From Azolla caroliniana (Eukaryota; Plantae; Polypodiophyta): a DNA stretch of 6,822 nt. The notes below the pieces were generated by a model that had not been told where the DNA came from, did not search any database, and saw only the letters and a list, made by a program, of their open reading frames with translations. Each line of letters opens with the position of its first letter. The first letter of the stretch is position 1. The stretch is from assembly GCA_043228905.1 (NCBI GenBank), contig JBHGNT010001499.1, positions 1 through 6,822 of the forward strand, written 5' to 3'. This document shows positions 6,760 through 6,822 of this stretch, in pieces. A program made the translations under genes and the position numbers.

Positions 6760-6822
6760 TAAATTTTAGATTTTGTAAGTCTTTTCCATAAAAAAAAATG
6801 GATTTTTAGCTAAAATACGATG

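Overview
Eukaryotic, plant-like heterochromatin made of nested LTR retrotransposons; the families look like those of the moss Physcomitrium patens, but that is recognition, not proof. A decayed Ty1/copia pol region (about 1897-5560, + strand: end of protease, integrase, RT, RNase H tail) has received three insertions from one LTR family with TGTCGT...ACGACA termini, probably Ty3/gypsy. These are a solo LTR (2131-2862, degenerate 4-bp TSD), a + strand LTR of which only the 3' part is in the window (1427-1896), and a young - strand element (5' LTR 665-1426, tRNA-Trp PBS, open gag running off the left edge) inserted into that second LTR. The most interesting signals are inside the LTRs: an antisense tRNA-like Pol III A-box/B-box cassette with conserved 32-nt spacing, three classes of dyads that all have 5-nt spacers, and apparent targeting of NCGN sites. 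The right end (5561-6822) is AT-rich and unassigned, with two possible degraded coding remnants and a hairpin.
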